Source: a virus (Duplodnaviria; Heunggongvirae; Uroviricota; Caudoviricetes). Taken from it: a stretch of DNA of 64,000 bases. The stretch lies in IMG/VR virus record IMGVR_UViG_3300027808_000017, positions 1 to 64,000 of that record; one strand, 5' to 3'. The notes beneath the pieces were generated by a model. That model was not told the DNA's origin. It worked only from the letters and a program-made list of their open reading frames with translations, and did not search any database. Both the position numbers and the translations under genes were made by a program. This document shows, in pieces, positions 62,304 through 64,000 of the stretch (the stretch's first letter is position 1; each line of letters begins with the position of its first letter).

Positions 62304-62641
62304 TACTTTACTCCAAATGTGTTCAATGCTGGTTGCAGTGTGTTAATCAATTCAGTCTCGCGGGCATGAGCAGGACGCTTGCCTCTCACAATCTCCACGA
62401 CACCAAATACAAATCGCTCGGCACCTTGTTCACGCAAGGCACGTGACAAACCCCAATCTTTGTTCTCAGTCATAGCACGTTGCATGTGTTTTTGCATACG
62501 ACGGCGTAATGTGCGAAATACATTACCCTTGAATGAAACAGCAGTCAGACCAATGTAATACTCAAGTGTTACAGTGTCTTGAATGTAGTAGATGACTTGA
62601 TTGCGGTCTGTTCTACGTTTGCGGTTGATTTTCGAGTTCAT
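62303..62641 (-). CDS. putative GIY-YIG nuclease
   Basis: VIYYIQDTVTLEYYIGLT...RTLRRRMQKH...ARETELINTLQPALN fits GIY-x10-YIG...R...H...E...N spacing. Confidence 0.45.
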   Translation of the reverse strand: MNSKINRKRRTDRNQVIYYIQDTVTLEYYIGLTAVSFKGNVFRTLRRRMQKHMQRAMTENKDWGLSRALREQGAERFVFGVVEIVRGKRPAHARETELINTLQPALNTFGVK

Positions 62642-62647
62642 GTAAGT

Positions 62648-62676
62648 ATTATATACCCAATGTGATTTATTGTCAA
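62648..62676 (-). promoter_or_regulatory. sigma70-type early promoter (family member, minus strand); leaderless
   Basis: revcomp TTGACAATAAATCACATTGGGTA TATAAT then ACTTAC ATG. Confidence 0.6.
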
Positions 62677-62699
62677 CTATTGAGTATACTACTTTCAGT

Positions 62700-62927
62700 T
62701 TACTTTACAAACCCAGCAAACATTTCAATGTCATACCAAGCTACTGCTTTAGTATTCATTTCATAAACAAGCACAGGGAATGCTTGAGTATTAACTTTAT
62801 CAAAGTTAACAAGTTTCTCAAAATTAGATTGACACAGTTCTTCATCAGACTGGTCCTCAAAAGTCACAAATGCTTTGTTAGTGTTCACAAACTCATCAAT
62901 GTTGTAAGACATAATAGGCCCTTTCAA
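62700..62927 (-). CDS. hypothetical early protein
   Basis: 75 aa; RBS AAAGGG. Confidence 0.5.
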   Translation of the reverse strand: MKGPIMSYNIDEFVNTNKAFVTFEDQSDEELCQSNFEKLVNFDKVNTQAFPVLVYEMNTKAVAWYDIEMFAGFVK

Positions 62928-62942
62928 ATGTTTAAGATGCTA

Positions 62943-62971
62943 TTGTATACCCAATTTGATTTATTGTCAAC
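62943..62971 (-). promoter_or_regulatory. sigma70-type early promoter (family member, minus strand)
   Basis: revcomp TTGACAATAAATCAAATTGGGTA TACAAT. Confidence 0.6.
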
Positions 62972-63407
62972 TTGTTGTTGTAAGGATATCCAAAGCCTGT
63001 TGTAATACTTTTGACTGACGATGTTGTACATCCAACTCCCATGGTAGGTTGGTGTATTCTTCATGTGTCATTTCTTCAGGTGGTTTATTTGTATAGGGTA
63101 TGCCATGCCAATAACACATGCCATTAGGTTTAATCTTAAGCATACCTAAATACTTTTGACTAACATGTATCAGTTCATGTACAAGAATTTTTAGTTGTGA
63201 TTCTAGTGATAGGTTGATGTTCAATCCAATACGATTGACTCGGTTGATATCAATACCACCATAGACATTCTCCTCTAAGGGGCACAAGCATACCTCTACA
63301 GTGTCCGGCAACTCTATGATTTGAGATACTGCAATGGCTAACGAGGTCAATAAAGCCTCGTTATCTTTTTCATAGTTATTATTTTTATAGTAAAACTTAA
63401 CTTCCAT
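62967..63407 (-). CDS. HExxH-motif protein (putative zinc metallopeptidase-like)
   Basis: LVHELIHVSQKY; 146 aa. Confidence 0.4.
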   Translation of the reverse strand: MEVKFYYKNNNYEKDNEALLTSLAIAVSQIIELPDTVEVCLCPLEENVYGGIDINRVNRIGLNINLSLESQLKILVHELIHVSQKYLGMLKIKPNGMCYWHGIPYTNKPPEEMTHEEYTNLPWELDVQHRQSKVLQQALDILTTTS

Positions 63408-64000
63408 TATGCATTATGAATTTTGTCCATTGCCTTTTTAACTATCTTCTCACGTTCTTGTTTAGTTCTAGCACCTAGCACTGTTATATTATATAATTGG
63501 TTATTTGTACTTACAAGCATTGTGATACAGAATCCTGCCGCATTTGTAAACCCTGTCTTTATCGTAACTATTCCTTCTTTTCCAAAATAATGACTAGTTG
63601 GATTACTAATAATTGATTTGTTCCTTGGTTGTTTGATTCGCTTTTTAGATTTTTTACTCTTTTTAGATTTATTAGGTACCGCTGATTTAGTAACCACTCT
63701 TTGTGTTTGTGCGGCTTGTTGTACAATAGGAAAATTACTAACTGCTTTAACTAGCATTACAATATCATTAACAGTACTGTAATTCATAGCACTCAATCCA
63801 GTGGGTTCGACAAATCCGGTATGCATCATTCCAAGTTCTTTTGAATGAGTATTCATTTGACGAATAAAATGTGGTTGTCCACCGGGATAATTTTGCGATA
63901 AAGTAACTGCGGCTAAATTATCACTGCTTACTAATGACATGTTAACTAGTTCTTGTCTTGTCAGAATCATGCCCTTCCTTAGTTTAGTGTGATTGATTTT
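63407..64000 (-). CDS. D-alanyl-D-alanine carboxypeptidase (peptidase S11/PBP5-like), 5'-truncated by window edge
   Basis: SxN motif VSSDN, KTG motif IKTGFTNAAGFC; frame open to window end so SxxK motif presumably lies beyond 64000. Confidence 0.6.
   Translation of the reverse strand, partial: KINHTKLRKGMILTRQELVNMSLVSSDNLAAVTLSQNYPGGQPHFIRQMNTHSKELGMMHTGFVEPTGLSAMNYSTVNDIVMLVKAVSNFPIVQQAAQTQRVVTKSAVPNKSKKSKKSKKRIKQPRNKSIISNPTSHYFGKEGIVTIKTGFTNAAGFCITMLVSTNNQLYNITVLGARTKQEREKIVKKAMDKIHNA

Noticed and set aside
6792-62971. Possible CRISPR-like array because of the recurring ~30-bp element
   Set aside because: Copies are 200-800 bp apart with irregular spacing and occur on both strands. Each sits upstream of an ORF with an RBS. 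They have -35/-10 promoter architecture, not CRISPR repeat-spacer structure.
63803-63822. tRNA T-arm-like GGTTCGACAAATCC
   Set aside because: It lies inside the D-Ala-D-Ala carboxypeptidase coding frame and the loop length is wrong. No acceptor or anticodon arms could be built. No convincing tRNA was found elsewhere by eye.

Overview
AT-rich window (G+C looks roughly one-third; not computed) that reads as part of a large dsDNA bacteriophage genome infecting a Gram-negative host. Support: lipoprotein lipoboxes, AAAGGAG-type RBSs, near-perfect sigma70 promoters and many tiny early-style ORFs. The window is dominated by auxiliary, early and host-takeover genes rather than virion genes.

(1) There are at least 20 copies of a stereotyped promoter, TTGACA-N17-TATAAT, with a GGGTA motif directly upstream of the -10. 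Each copy drives a short ORF, on the + strand at 6.8-9.2 kb and 27.5-28.6 kb and on the - strand at 54-63 kb. Two conserved 5'UTR classes follow these promoters, and several genes appear leaderless.

(2) A proteostasis island spans ClpX, ribosomal S21, DnaK, Hsp20 and ClpS, then a SprT-like peptidase, then ClpP.

(3) Replication and nucleotide genes are present: FEN/RNase H, ATP-dependent DNA ligase, MazG, dCMP deaminase, deoxyribonucleotidase, HNH and GIY-YIG nucleases.

(4) Translation factors S21 and IF-1 are encoded.

(5) An Fe-S module contains a monothiol Grx, IscU and two IscA genes. The grx gene is flanked by an exact 29-bp direct repeat.

(6) Envelope-directed enzymes include an LpxH-like phosphoesterase, GT2 and GT9-like glycosyltransferases, an SGNH hydrolase, a D-Ala-D-Ala carboxypeptidase and an Asp beta-hydroxylase-like protein.

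(7) A DGQHR (DndB-like) protein and an 863-aa protein with GNAT-like, ParB-like and second GNAT-like segments joined by KQGVAEG repeats are encoded, along with an Fe/Mn-SOD homolog.

(8) A G+C-richer minus-strand island (36.7-39.5 kb) carries secreted proteins with a duplicated signal-peptide segment.

(9) A lone Thr/Gly-rich tail-fibre-like gene is present.

No CRISPR array, rRNA or convincing tRNA was seen.
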